Origin: Cereibacter sphaeroides 2.4.1
Lineage (GTDB): Bacteria > Pseudomonadota > Alphaproteobacteria > Rhodobacterales > Rhodobacteraceae
DNA length: 32,000 bases
Reading direction: 5' to 3'
Assembly: GCF_000012905.2 (NCBI RefSeq)
Contig: NC_007493.2
Span: forward strand, 2,520,001-2,552,000
The position numbers and the translations under genes were made by a program. This document shows, piece after piece, positions 24,580 to 32,000 of the stretch. How positions within the stretch are numbered: the first letter of the stretch is position 1; each line of letters begins with the position of its first letter. A model generated the notes under the pieces. That model worked only from the letters and a program-made list of their open reading frames with translations. It was not told the origin of the DNA and searched no databases.

Positions 24580-25719
24580 ATGGCCACGGGCTTCTTCTGG
24601 GACGAGCGGTGCTTCTGGCACCACGGCGGGAATTACGCCCTGACGCTGCCGGTGGGCGGCCTCGTCCAGCCGGGAGGCGGCCTGCCCGAAAGCCCCGAGA
24701 CCAAGCGACGGCTGAAGAACCTGCTCGATGTCACCGGCCTCGCGGGCGCGCTCCGGATGCAGGGCGCCCCGCCCGCTTCCGAGGAGGAGTTGCGCCGCGT
24801 CCATCCCGCCGCCTACCTGACCGCGTTCAAGGCGCTCTCCGACCGCGGCGGCGGCGAGCTCGGCCTGCGCAGCCCCTTCGGCCGCGACGGCTACGAGACG
24901 GCGGCCCTCTCGGCGGGCCTCGCCACGGCGGCGCTCCGCGAGGTGCTGCGGGGCCGCCTCGCCAATGCCTATGCGCTGAGCCGCCCGCCGGGGCACCATT
25001 GCCTGCCCGACTGGCCGAACGGCTTCTGCCTCCTCGCCAATATCGCCATCGCGGTCGAGGCGGCCCTGGCCGAGCAGCGGGCGGAGCGGATCGCAGTGGT
25101 GGACTGGGACGTGCATCACGGCAACGGGACCGAGGCGATCTTCCTCTCCCGCCCCGAGGTCCTGACCGTCTCGCTGCACCAGGAGCGGAACTATCCGCTC
25201 GACACCGGCGGGGCGGAGGTGCGCGGCGAGGGTCCGGGGCACGGCGCGAACCTCAACATCCCGCTGCCGCCCGGCACCGGACACCGCGGCTATCTCGAGG
25301 CCATGGACCGGCTGGTGCTGCCCGCGCTCCGCCGTCACCGGCCCGACGCGATCGTGGTGGCCTGCGGCTTCGACGCCTCGGCCATGGATCCTCTCGGCCG
25401 CATGATGGCGTCGGCCGACACCTTCCGGGAGATGACGCGGAGGATGAAGGAAGCTGCGGCCGACCTCTGTGAAGGGCGGCTCGTCCTCGTCCACGAGGGC
25501 GGCTATTCCGAGGTTCATGTGCCCTTCTGCGGCCATGCGGTGCTGGAAGAGCTCTCGGAGAGCGGCATTCCTGCCCCCGATCCGCTCGGCGCCACGATCC
25601 GCGCGCGCCAGCCCGGCCCCGGCTTCGACCGGTTCCTGAGCGAGCATCTCTCGGATCTCGCCGCCCATTTCGGGCTGGGCGGGCCGCGCCCCCCGGGTCC
25701 CGTCCCCACCGCGTCCTGA
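24580..25719 (+). CDS. Class II histone-deacetylase-like amidohydrolase (HDAH / acetylpolyamine-type)
   Basis: Real part of track ORF 24502..25719. Contains MATGFFWDERCFWH..., SRPPGHH, VVDWDVHHGNGTE, ACGFDAS and VHEGGY, which are the HDAC zinc and catalytic motifs. 379 aa. Confidence 0.9.
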   Translation: MATGFFWDERCFWHHGGNYALTLPVGGLVQPGGGLPESPETKRRLKNLLDVTGLAGALRMQGAPPASEEELRRVHPAAYLTAFKALSDRGGGELGLRSPFGRDGYETAALSAGLATAALREVLRGRLANAYALSRPPGHHCLPDWPNGFCLLANIAIAVEAALAEQRAERIAVVDWDVHHGNGTEAIFLSRPEVLTVSLHQERNYPLDTGGAEVRGEGPGHGANLNIPLPPGTGHRGYLEAMDRLVLPALRRHRPDAIVVACGFDASAMDPLGRMMASADTFREMTRRMKEAAADLCEGRLVLVHEGGYSEVHVPFCGHAVLEELSESGIPAPDPLGATIRARQPGPGFDRFLSEHLSDLAAHFGLGGPRPPGPVPTAS

Positions 25720-25994
25720 GCCCATCCCCGCAGCTCACGGCACGGCGCCTGCCCCAGCCAGATCCCGTCCCGCCCTCAGGCCTGCCGGGGGCCCGATCAG
25801 CCTCCCGCAGGACCGGCTCTCCCCCGCACGGGCGACCCGACGCGTTGCCCAGTGCCCAGCCTCTCGCGGCCCGAGAGCCCTTCGGCCGCGCCTCCCCCCT
25901 GGCGCCCCTTACGACGCCGCCGCGCTCACCCGCCCGACACCGGCCGCGTTCCGCCTCGGCCCGCCCCCGCCGTCCCCCGACCCGCGGCCCCATC

Positions 25995-26046
25995 GCTTTC
26001 ACTCTGCCCAAATATCCCGGGGGTCCGGGGGCAGCGCCCCCGGCGG
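25995..26046 (+). repeat. Intergenic repeat copy B
   Basis: GCTTTCACTCTGCCCAAATATCCCGGGGGTCCGGGGGCAGCGCCCCCGGCGG. 8-bp hairpin CCGGGGGC/GCCCCCGG at 26025-26043. Lies 15 nt downstream of the M19 dipeptidase stop. Confidence 0.8.
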
Positions 26047-26060
26047 TCGGCTCCACGCGC

Positions 26061-27128
26061 TCAGGCCCCCCAGCTGCGCTCCAGAAGCCCGTACCAGTTC
26101 TCGTGGCAGAGCTTGCGCATCAGCGGCTCGTCGTAGCCATGGGCGCGCATCGCGGCCTGCAGCGCGGGCAGGCCGGTCACGTCGGCGATGCCCTGCGGGA
26201 TCGTGGCCCCGTCGAAGTCCGAGCCCATCCCCACATGATCCTCGCCCAGCCGGTCGATCAGATGATCGAGATGGCGCAGCACCGGCTCCCAGCCCATCTC
26301 GGCCGAGCGTCGGCCGTCCTCGCGCAGGAAGGAGGTGGCGAAATTCAGCCCCACCATGCCCCGGCTCTCGCGGATCATCGCGAGCTGGCGGTCGGTCAGG
26401 TTGCGGGTCGAGGGCGTGACCGCATGGGCGTTGGAATGGGTCGCGACCAGCGGCGCGTCGCTCAGGCGCGCGACATCGTCGAAGCCCTTTTCGTTCAGGT
26501 GCGAGAGGTCGAGCATGATCTTCAGCCGGTTGCATTCGGCCACGAGGCGACGCCCCGCCTCGGTCAGCCCCTCGCCGGTATCGGGCGAGCCGGGGAAGCG
26601 GAAGGGCACGCCGTGGCCGAACACCGTGGGGCGGCTCCAGACCGGGCCGAGCGAGCGCAGGCCCAGCGAATGGAAGAGGTGGAGCGCATCGAGATCCGCC
26701 CCGATCGCCTCGGCGCCCTCCATATGCATGATGCCCGAGACGATGCCGTCGGCATGGCAGGACCGGACCTCGGCCGCCGTGCGGCAGACCTTGAAGCGGC
26801 CGCGGGCCGCGCGTTCCATCCAGAGCAGGTGCCCCGCCATGGCGAGGGCCACGGGCTGCGCCTGCTCGGCCCGGATCATCGGGGGCAGCGGCAGTTCGAA
26901 GGGCGGAGCGTCCATCATCGCCTCGAAATGCGCGGCATCGTGGGCCTGCGGCGAGGGGACGTAGATGGCGAAGAAGCCGCCCGCAAAGCCGCCCTCCTTC
27001 ATCCGCGGCAGGTCGAGATGGCCGGTGCCGTCGCCCTTCAGCCAGATCGTCTCGCGGTTGGCGGGATTGCGCAGGAGGCGCAGGAGGAAGTCGTTGTGTC
27101 CGTCGAAGACGGGGATCGTCTCGGTCAT
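26061..27128 (-). CDS. Membrane (renal-type) dipeptidase, peptidase family M19
   Basis: Real part of track ORF 26061..27272. Its ATG overlaps the upstream ATPase stop (ATGA). MTETIPVFDGHNDFLLRL carries the HxD metal site, with ..DLSHLNEKGF.. and ..VATHSNAH.. further on. 355 aa. Confidence 0.9.
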   Translation of the reverse strand: MTETIPVFDGHNDFLLRLLRNPANRETIWLKGDGTGHLDLPRMKEGGFAGGFFAIYVPSPQAHDAAHFEAMMDAPPFELPLPPMIRAEQAQPVALAMAGHLLWMERAARGRFKVCRTAAEVRSCHADGIVSGIMHMEGAEAIGADLDALHLFHSLGLRSLGPVWSRPTVFGHGVPFRFPGSPDTGEGLTEAGRRLVAECNRLKIMLDLSHLNEKGFDDVARLSDAPLVATHSNAHAVTPSTRNLTDRQLAMIRESRGMVGLNFATSFLREDGRRSAEMGWEPVLRHLDHLIDRLGEDHVGMGSDFDGATIPQGIADVTGLPALQAAMRAHGYDEPLMRKLCHENWYGLLERSWGA

Positions 27129-27880
27129 GGGCTGCTCTCGGCGGGGCGGTAGCCTTCGGACGCGGCCAGAAGGTCCCGGGTGTAGGGTTCGCGCGCGGCC
27201 CGGGCCCGGAGGCCGTCTCGGGTCAGTTCCTCGACCGCCTGCCCGTGCTGCATCACGAGGAGACGCTCGCACATGTGCGCCACGACGGCCAGATCGTGCG
27301 AGACGAGAATGTAGGTGAGCCCCCGCTCCGCCCGCAGCCGGTCGAGGAGGTTCAGCACCTCGGCCTGGATCGAGGCATCGAGCGCGGAGGTCGGCTCGTC
27401 GAGCAGCATCACCCGCGGCTCGAGGATCAGGGCGCGGGCGATAGCCACCCGCTGCCGCTGTCCGCCCGAAAGCTGGTGGGGATAGCGGAAGCGGAAGCCC
27501 TGGCCCAGACCCACCTCGTCGAGCGCGCGCAGGATGCGGGCCTCGCAGTCGTCGAAGCCGTGGATCGCCAGCGGCTCGGCCAGCACGCGGTCGATCGTGT
27601 GGCGGGGATGGAGCGAGGCATAGGGGTCCTGAAACACCATCTGCACCCGGCGGTGGAACCCGGCCGAGCGGCGGCGCCAGAGCTCCTCGCCCGCCAGCGT
27701 GACGGCGCCCGCCGAGATCGGCGCCAGCCCGCAGATCGCGCGGAGCACCGTGGACTTGCCCGAACCGCTCTCGCCCACGATGCCGTAGCTTTCGCCTTGG
27801 TCCACCTGGAACGAGACGCCGCGCACGGCATGGACCTCGCCGAAGCGGACATGGAGGCCGGAGAGGTCGATCAACGCCAT
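27125..27880 (-). CDS. Peptide ABC transporter ATP-binding protein (DppF/OppF-like)
   Basis: Walker A GESGSGKST, signature LSGGQRQR, Walker B LLLDEPTSALD. ATG 27880 (TGATG overlap with the upstream stop) is preferred over the track GTG at 27892. Confidence 0.9.
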   Translation of the reverse strand: MALIDLSGLHVRFGEVHAVRGVSFQVDQGESYGIVGESGSGKSTVLRAICGLAPISAGAVTLAGEELWRRRSAGFHRRVQMVFQDPYASLHPRHTIDRVLAEPLAIHGFDDCEARILRALDEVGLGQGFRFRYPHQLSGGQRQRVAIARALILEPRVMLLDEPTSALDASIQAEVLNLLDRLRAERGLTYILVSHDLAVVAHMCERLLVMQHGQAVEELTRDGLRARAAREPYTRDLLAASEGYRPAESSP

Positions 27881-28704
27881 CAGAGAGCCCACCGCGCGTC
27901 GCGTTCCAGCACCGGCAGCGGCCGGCGCCCCCCCTCGATCCGCGGCAGGCAGTTCAGCAGCCCCTGCGTGTAGGGATGGCGCGCCTGCGCCAGCTCAGCG
28001 GCGCGCAGCTCCTCGACCACGCGGCCGGCATACATCACCAGCACCCGGTCGCAGAAGCTGCCGACGAGGCGCAGGTCGTGGCTGATGAAGACGAGGCCCA
28101 TGCCGCGGTCCTGCACCAGCCTGTCGAGGATGCGCAGGACCTCGATCTGCACCGTGACGTCGAGCGCCGAGGTGGGTTCGTCCGCGATCAGGAGGTCCGG
28201 CTCGGCGATCAGCATCATGGCGATCATGGCGCGCTGGCCCATGCCGCCCGACAACTCGTGCGGATAGGCGCCGAAGACGCGGGACGGATCGCGGATCTGC
28301 ACGGCCTCGAGCATGGCCATCGCGCGGCCCTTCGCCTCGCCGCGCGAGGCGGTGCGGCGCGCGGCCTCGGTCAGCTGGCGGCCGATGGTCATCACCGGGT
28401 TCAGCGAGAACTTCGGATCCTGCATGACCATCGACATGCGGATGCCGCGCAGGGCCCGCCACTGGCGCGGCGTGGCGCGGTTGAGGTCGATGCCGTCGAA
28501 GGCGAGCCGGTCGGCGGTGGCCCGGCCGGGCGGCGGCGTGAGGCCCAAGATCGCGCGCCCGGTCTGGCTCTTGCCCGAGCCGCTCTCGCCCACGATCCCG
28601 AGCCGCTCGCGCCCGAGGGTGAAGCTCACGCCGCGGACCACCTCGGAGGGGCCCTGCCGGGTCGGGAAGGTCACGCGGAGGTTCTCGACCTGAAGGAGCG
28701 TCAT
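27880..28704 (-). CDS. Peptide ABC transporter ATP-binding protein (DppD/OppD-like)
   Basis: 274 aa. Walker A GESGSGKSQ, signature LSGGMGQR, Walker B LLIADEPTSALD, and a C-terminal oligopeptide-type extension (HPYTQGLL). Confidence 0.9.
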   Translation of the reverse strand: MTLLQVENLRVTFPTRQGPSEVVRGVSFTLGRERLGIVGESGSGKSQTGRAILGLTPPPGRATADRLAFDGIDLNRATPRQWRALRGIRMSMVMQDPKFSLNPVMTIGRQLTEAARRTASRGEAKGRAMAMLEAVQIRDPSRVFGAYPHELSGGMGQRAMIAMMLIAEPDLLIADEPTSALDVTVQIEVLRILDRLVQDRGMGLVFISHDLRLVGSFCDRVLVMYAGRVVEELRAAELAQARHPYTQGLLNCLPRIEGGRRPLPVLERDARWAL

Positions 28705-28719
28705 CGGCGGGTGCTCCGC

Positions 28720-28771
28720 CCGGCGGAGGCGTCGGAGCCTCCGGCGGGGATATTTGGGCCAGAATGAAAGC
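28720..28771 (-). repeat. Intergenic repeat copy C (inverted relative to A and B)
   Basis: The reverse complement reads GCTTTCATTCTGGCCCAAATATCCCCGCCGGAGGCTCCGACGCCTCCGCCGG. The hairpin has a different sequence: a 12-bp stem with one mismatch at 28719-28748. It lies in the 100-nt gap between the DppC-like and DppD-like genes. Confidence 0.75.
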
Positions 28772-28804
28772 CAGGGAGGGCGGCGGCGCGGGAGCGGTTC
28801 GGGA

Positions 28805-29707
28805 TCATTTGCGGGCCTTCGGGTCGAGCACGTCGCGCAGCCCGTCGCCCAAGAGGTTGAAGCCGAGCGAGACGGCGAAGATGGCGAGACCGGGCATGGT
28901 GGCGACCCACCACTGGTCGATGATGAAGCGGCGGCCGCCCGCGATCATGGCGCCCCATTCGGGCTGCGGCGGCTGCGCGCCGAGGCCGAGGAAGCCCAGG
29001 CCCGCTGCGGTCAGGATGATCCCCGCCATGTCGAGCGTTACCCGCACGATCACCGAGGAGAGGCAGAGCGGGGTCACATGGCCCCAGAGGATGCGGGGGG
29101 CGGAGGCGCCCTGAAGCCGCGCGGCATTGATGAAGTCGCTGTCGCGGATGGTGAGCGTCTCGGCCCGCGCGAGGCGGGCGTAGGGCGGCCAGGAGGTGAG
29201 CGCGATGGCGATGATCGCATTCTCGATCCCCGGCCCGAGCGCCGCGACGAAGGCCAGCGCCAGGATCAGCCGCGGGAAGGCGAGGAAGATGTCGGTCGCC
29301 CGCATCAGCACCGTATCGACCCAGCCGCCGAAATAGCCCGCCGTCGTGCCGATGGCGAGGCCGATGGGCGTGGCGATCACCGCCACCAGCCCCACGACCA
29401 TGAGCGTGAGCCGCGAGCCGTGGATCACCCGGCTCAGGATGTCACGCGCCAGATCGTCGGTGCCCATCGGATGCGCCCACGAGGGGGGCAGCAGCCGCTC
29501 GGTGCGCAGATCGCCGCCCACGATCGGATCGTGGGGCGCGATCCAGGGCGCGAGGATCGCCACCGCGATCAGTGCCAGCACGAGGCCCAGCCCCACCATG
29601 GCGAGCCGGTTGGCCCTCAGCGCGAGCCAGGTGCGGTAGGCCTGGCCCAGCCGCGCCTGCCGGCGCGAGGCGGGCTCTTCCGTGAGGAGCCATTCGGTCC
29701 GGGTCAT
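28805..29707 (-). CDS. Peptide ABC transporter permease (DppC/OppC-like)
   Basis: Real part of track ORF 28805..29989. Its ATG overlaps the upstream permease stop (ATGA). Six predicted TM segments, with the EAA-loop region ..FINAARLQGASAPRILWGHV... 300 aa. Confidence 0.9.
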   Translation of the reverse strand: MTRTEWLLTEEPASRRQARLGQAYRTWLALRANRLAMVGLGLVLALIAVAILAPWIAPHDPIVGGDLRTERLLPPSWAHPMGTDDLARDILSRVIHGSRLTLMVVGLVAVIATPIGLAIGTTAGYFGGWVDTVLMRATDIFLAFPRLILALAFVAALGPGIENAIIAIALTSWPPYARLARAETLTIRDSDFINAARLQGASAPRILWGHVTPLCLSSVIVRVTLDMAGIILTAAGLGFLGLGAQPPQPEWGAMIAGGRRFIIDQWWVATMPGLAIFAVSLGFNLLGDGLRDVLDPKARK

Positions 29708-30774
29708 GGCCGCACCTGCCGCCGCGTGCGCGGGTCGAGGAGCGTGTAGAGCAGGTCCGACAGCAGGTTCAGCGCCACGAAGACCGCGCCGATCACGAGC
29801 GTGCCGCCGAGGACGGCGTTCATGTCGGCCACCTGCAGGCTGTTGGTGAGATAGAGGCCGAGCCCCGGCCAGGCGAAGACCGTCTCGGTCAGGACCGAAC
29901 CTTCGAGGAGGCCCGCATAGGAGAGCGCCACCACGGTCACGAGCGGCACGGCCGCGTTCCTCAGCGCATGGACCCAGACGATGCGCCACTCGGGCACGCC
30001 CTTCACGCGGGCGGTGGTGACGTATTCCTGCGCGAGCTCGGCCAGCATGAAGCTGCGCGTCATGCGGCTGATGTAGGCCATCGAGAAATAGCCGAGCAGC
30101 GCTCCGGGCAGGATGATGTGCGAGAAGGCATTGCCGAAGGCGTCCCAGGCGCCCTGCAGGGCGCTGTCGAGGAGGAGGAGGCCGGTTGTCACGGTGAAGC
30201 TGTATTCATAGGCGATGTCGATGCGGCCCGGCCCCGCGACCCAGCCGAGCCGGGCGTAGAAGACGAGAAGGCCGAGCAGCCCCAGCCAGAAGATCGGCGC
30301 CGAATAGCCGACGAGGCCCAGCACGCGGACGATCTGGTCGATGGCGCGGCCCTGCTTGACGGCCGAGACGACGCCCAGGGGAATGCCCGCCAGCGTGCCG
30401 ATGAGGATCCCCACGGTCGCAAGCTCCAGCGTCGCCGGAAAGACCCGGGCCAGATCGTCGGCCACGGGGCGCTTGGTGAGGAACGAGCTTCCGAGATCGC
30501 CCGAGAGCACGTTGTGCAGGTAGATCCAGAACTGCTCCCAGACCGGGCGGTCGAGGCCCATGGCGCGATACATGGCATCGTAGGTGGACTGGCTCGCGCG
30601 GTCTCCGACCGCCCGCAGCACCGGGTCCACCGACATGTAGCGGCTGATGACGAAGGTGACGAGAAGGAGGCCCAGGAAGGTCACGGCGACGGTCAGCGCC
30701 ACCTTGACGCCCTTCCAGAGCCAGAGCGAGAGGGCGCCCGTGCGCCCCCTCCCGATCTGCGGGGTTGCGGCCAT
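29704..30774 (-). CDS. Peptide ABC transporter permease (DppB/OppB-like)
   Basis: 356-aa ORF with the EAA-loop region ..YVTTARVKGVPEWRIVWVHALRNA... The start abuts the binding-protein stop. The exact start is uncertain because the SD is weak. Confidence 0.88.
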   Translation of the reverse strand: MAATPQIGRGRTGALSLWLWKGVKVALTVAVTFLGLLLVTFVISRYMSVDPVLRAVGDRASQSTYDAMYRAMGLDRPVWEQFWIYLHNVLSGDLGSSFLTKRPVADDLARVFPATLELATVGILIGTLAGIPLGVVSAVKQGRAIDQIVRVLGLVGYSAPIFWLGLLGLLVFYARLGWVAGPGRIDIAYEYSFTVTTGLLLLDSALQGAWDAFGNAFSHIILPGALLGYFSMAYISRMTRSFMLAELAQEYVTTARVKGVPEWRIVWVHALRNAAVPLVTVVALSYAGLLEGSVLTETVFAWPGLGLYLTNSLQVADMNAVLGGTLVIGAVFVALNLLSDLLYTLLDPRTRRQVRP

Positions 30775-32000
30775 CTACTTCGTCACGGCCCGGAACGAGT
30801 TGTCGTTGAACGACGGGCCGATGATGTAGCCCTCGACGTTCTTGCGCATGGCGACGACCTCGGATTCCTGGAACATGATGACGAAGGGCGAAGTCTTCAG
30901 CACCTCCTCCTGCATGTCGCGATACATCTGGGCGCGCTTCTCGGTGTCACGCTCGAGCACGGCGGCGTCCGCCTTGGCGGTCAGCTCGGGGATCTCCCAG
31001 GCGTTGCGCCAGGCCAGCGGCTTCGAGGCCGCATCGTCGGAATTGTCGGGGTTCTGCGCGAAGGTCGCGTTGGTATGCGGGTCCTGATAATCGGGGCCCC
31101 ACTGGCCGATGTAGATGTCATGCGTCCGCGCGCGGTATTTCTCGAGCGTCTGGCCGCCGTCGCCGGGGATGATCTCGATGGTGATCCCGGCCTGAGCCAT
31201 GGTCTGCTGGATCGCCTGCGCGATCGAGGTCACCTCGGGCGTGTTGCGGGTGTCCATCGTGACGGTGAAGCCGTCGGGCAGGCCCGCCGCGGCCAGAAGC
31301 TCCTTGGCCTTGGCCGGATCGAAGCTGTAGGGGTTCTCGTCCAGCGCGCCGAGGAAGCCCTCGGGCAGGAAGGTCTGGTGCTTCTTCTTCATGCCCTTGA
31401 CCAGCGTCTCGGCGATGGCGTCGTAATCGACGAGCCATTTCATCGCCTCGCGCACCTCGGGCTTGGCCAGATTCTCGTTCTTCTGGTTCAGGCCGAGATA
31501 GAAGATCGTGCCCTTCACCCCGCTCTGGATCTTGATGTCGGGGTTCTGGCTCAGCGCCTCGATCTCTTCGGGAAGGAGCTTGCGCGCAATGTCGATGTCG
31601 CCCTGCTCGAGCAGCAGACGCTCGGTCGCGGCCTCGGGAATGTGGCGGTAGATCGCGCGCGCCATGGCGGGCTTGTCGCCGTCCCACTGGTCGTTGCGCT
31701 CCATCACGACGGCCTCGTTCGCGCGCCATTCGCGGATGGTGAAGGGGCCGGAGCCCGCGTAGTTCGTCTTGAGCCAGTTGTAGCCCCAGTCGCCGTCCGC
31801 TTCGTTCGACTGGACGAGATCCTTGTCCACCACCGAGGCGACCGTCGCCGTCAGGCAGTAGAGCAGGAAGGTCGGCGCATAGGCCTTGTCCATCTCGAAG
31901 GTGAAGGAATAATCGCCGGTCTGCTTCACCTTCTCCTCGACGTTGTCCGGCGTCAGGCCGAACTGGCCGAGGATGAAGGCCGGCGACTTGTCCAGCTTCA
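30775..32000 (-). CDS. Peptide/nickel ABC transporter substrate-binding protein (family 5, DppA/OppA-like), C-terminal ~408 codons; the gene runs off the right edge
   Basis: The track shows 30775..31929 from an internal GTG, but the frame stays open to position 32000 (..KLDKSPAFILGQFGLTPDNVEEKVKQTGDYSFTFEMDKAYAPTF..). The family-5 SBP pattern runs throughout. Confidence 0.9.
   Translation of the reverse strand, partial: KLDKSPAFILGQFGLTPDNVEEKVKQTGDYSFTFEMDKAYAPTFLLYCLTATVASVVDKDLVQSNEADGDWGYNWLKTNYAGSGPFTIREWRANEAVVMERNDQWDGDKPAMARAIYRHIPEAATERLLLEQGDIDIARKLLPEEIEALSQNPDIKIQSGVKGTIFYLGLNQKNENLAKPEVREAMKWLVDYDAIAETLVKGMKKKHQTFLPEGFLGALDENPYSFDPAKAKELLAAAGLPDGFTVTMDTRNTPEVTSIAQAIQQTMAQAGITIEIIPGDGGQTLEKYRARTHDIYIGQWGPDYQDPHTNATFAQNPDNSDDAASKPLAWRNAWEIPELTAKADAAVLERDTEKRAQMYRDMQEEVLKTSPFVIMFQESEVVAMRKNVEGYIIGPSFNDNSFRAVTK

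Noticed and set aside
27881-27892. GTG 27892 as the start of the DppF-like ATPase (track call)
   Set aside because: ATG 27880 gives the usual short N-terminus before the first beta-strand and a stop/start overlap with the upstream gene. The GTG lies inside the upstream coding sequence.
1-32000. CRISPR arrays, tRNA/rRNA genes, IS elements, prophage, toxin-antitoxin or defence-system genes
   Set aside because: I scanned the intergenic regions and the ORF translations. I found no regularly spaced direct repeats, no cloverleaf-like sequences, no transposase, integrase or recombinase motifs, and no recognisable defence domains. The GNAT is PAT-like and has no adjacent antitoxin-like partner.

Overview
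This is a very GC-rich alphaproteobacterial chromosome segment. Gene content, synteny and codon bias look like Rhodobacterales, most like Cereibacter/Rhodobacter sphaeroides, but that is inference only. I support 33 protein-coding genes. They are tightly packed and many are translationally coupled through ATGA, GTGA or TGATG overlaps. Left to right: a LolC/E-like permease (partial), proS, an AI-2E transporter, hdaA, ppk1, ppx, a VOC-fold protein, a GNAT, a DjlA-like J-protein and an EEP-fold nuclease/phosphatase. A cobalamin riboswitch then precedes a DUF1636-like gene, bluE and cobD(cobC). On the opposite strand lie pqqABCDE, an upstream LysR regulator and a YciI-like gene. These are followed by cobQ, a small secreted protein, gltX, a small HExxH protein, a Tat-signal MBL hydrolase, a DUF167 gene and an HDAC-like amidohydrolase. 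The window ends with a six-gene peptide ABC transporter plus M19 dipeptidase operon, whose binding protein is partial at the right edge. I saw no rRNA, tRNA, CRISPR, transposase, integrase or recognisable defence genes. I could not identify a convincing novel multi-gene system, and the window reads as core housekeeping chromosome. The most interesting unexplained signal is a three-copy intergenic repeat made of a conserved ~23-nt module and a variable GC hairpin. Next are the riboswitch-controlled DUF1636-like/bluE/cobD unit and the pqq block that separates cobalamin genes. All family calls come from motif recognition by eye. No database search was run.
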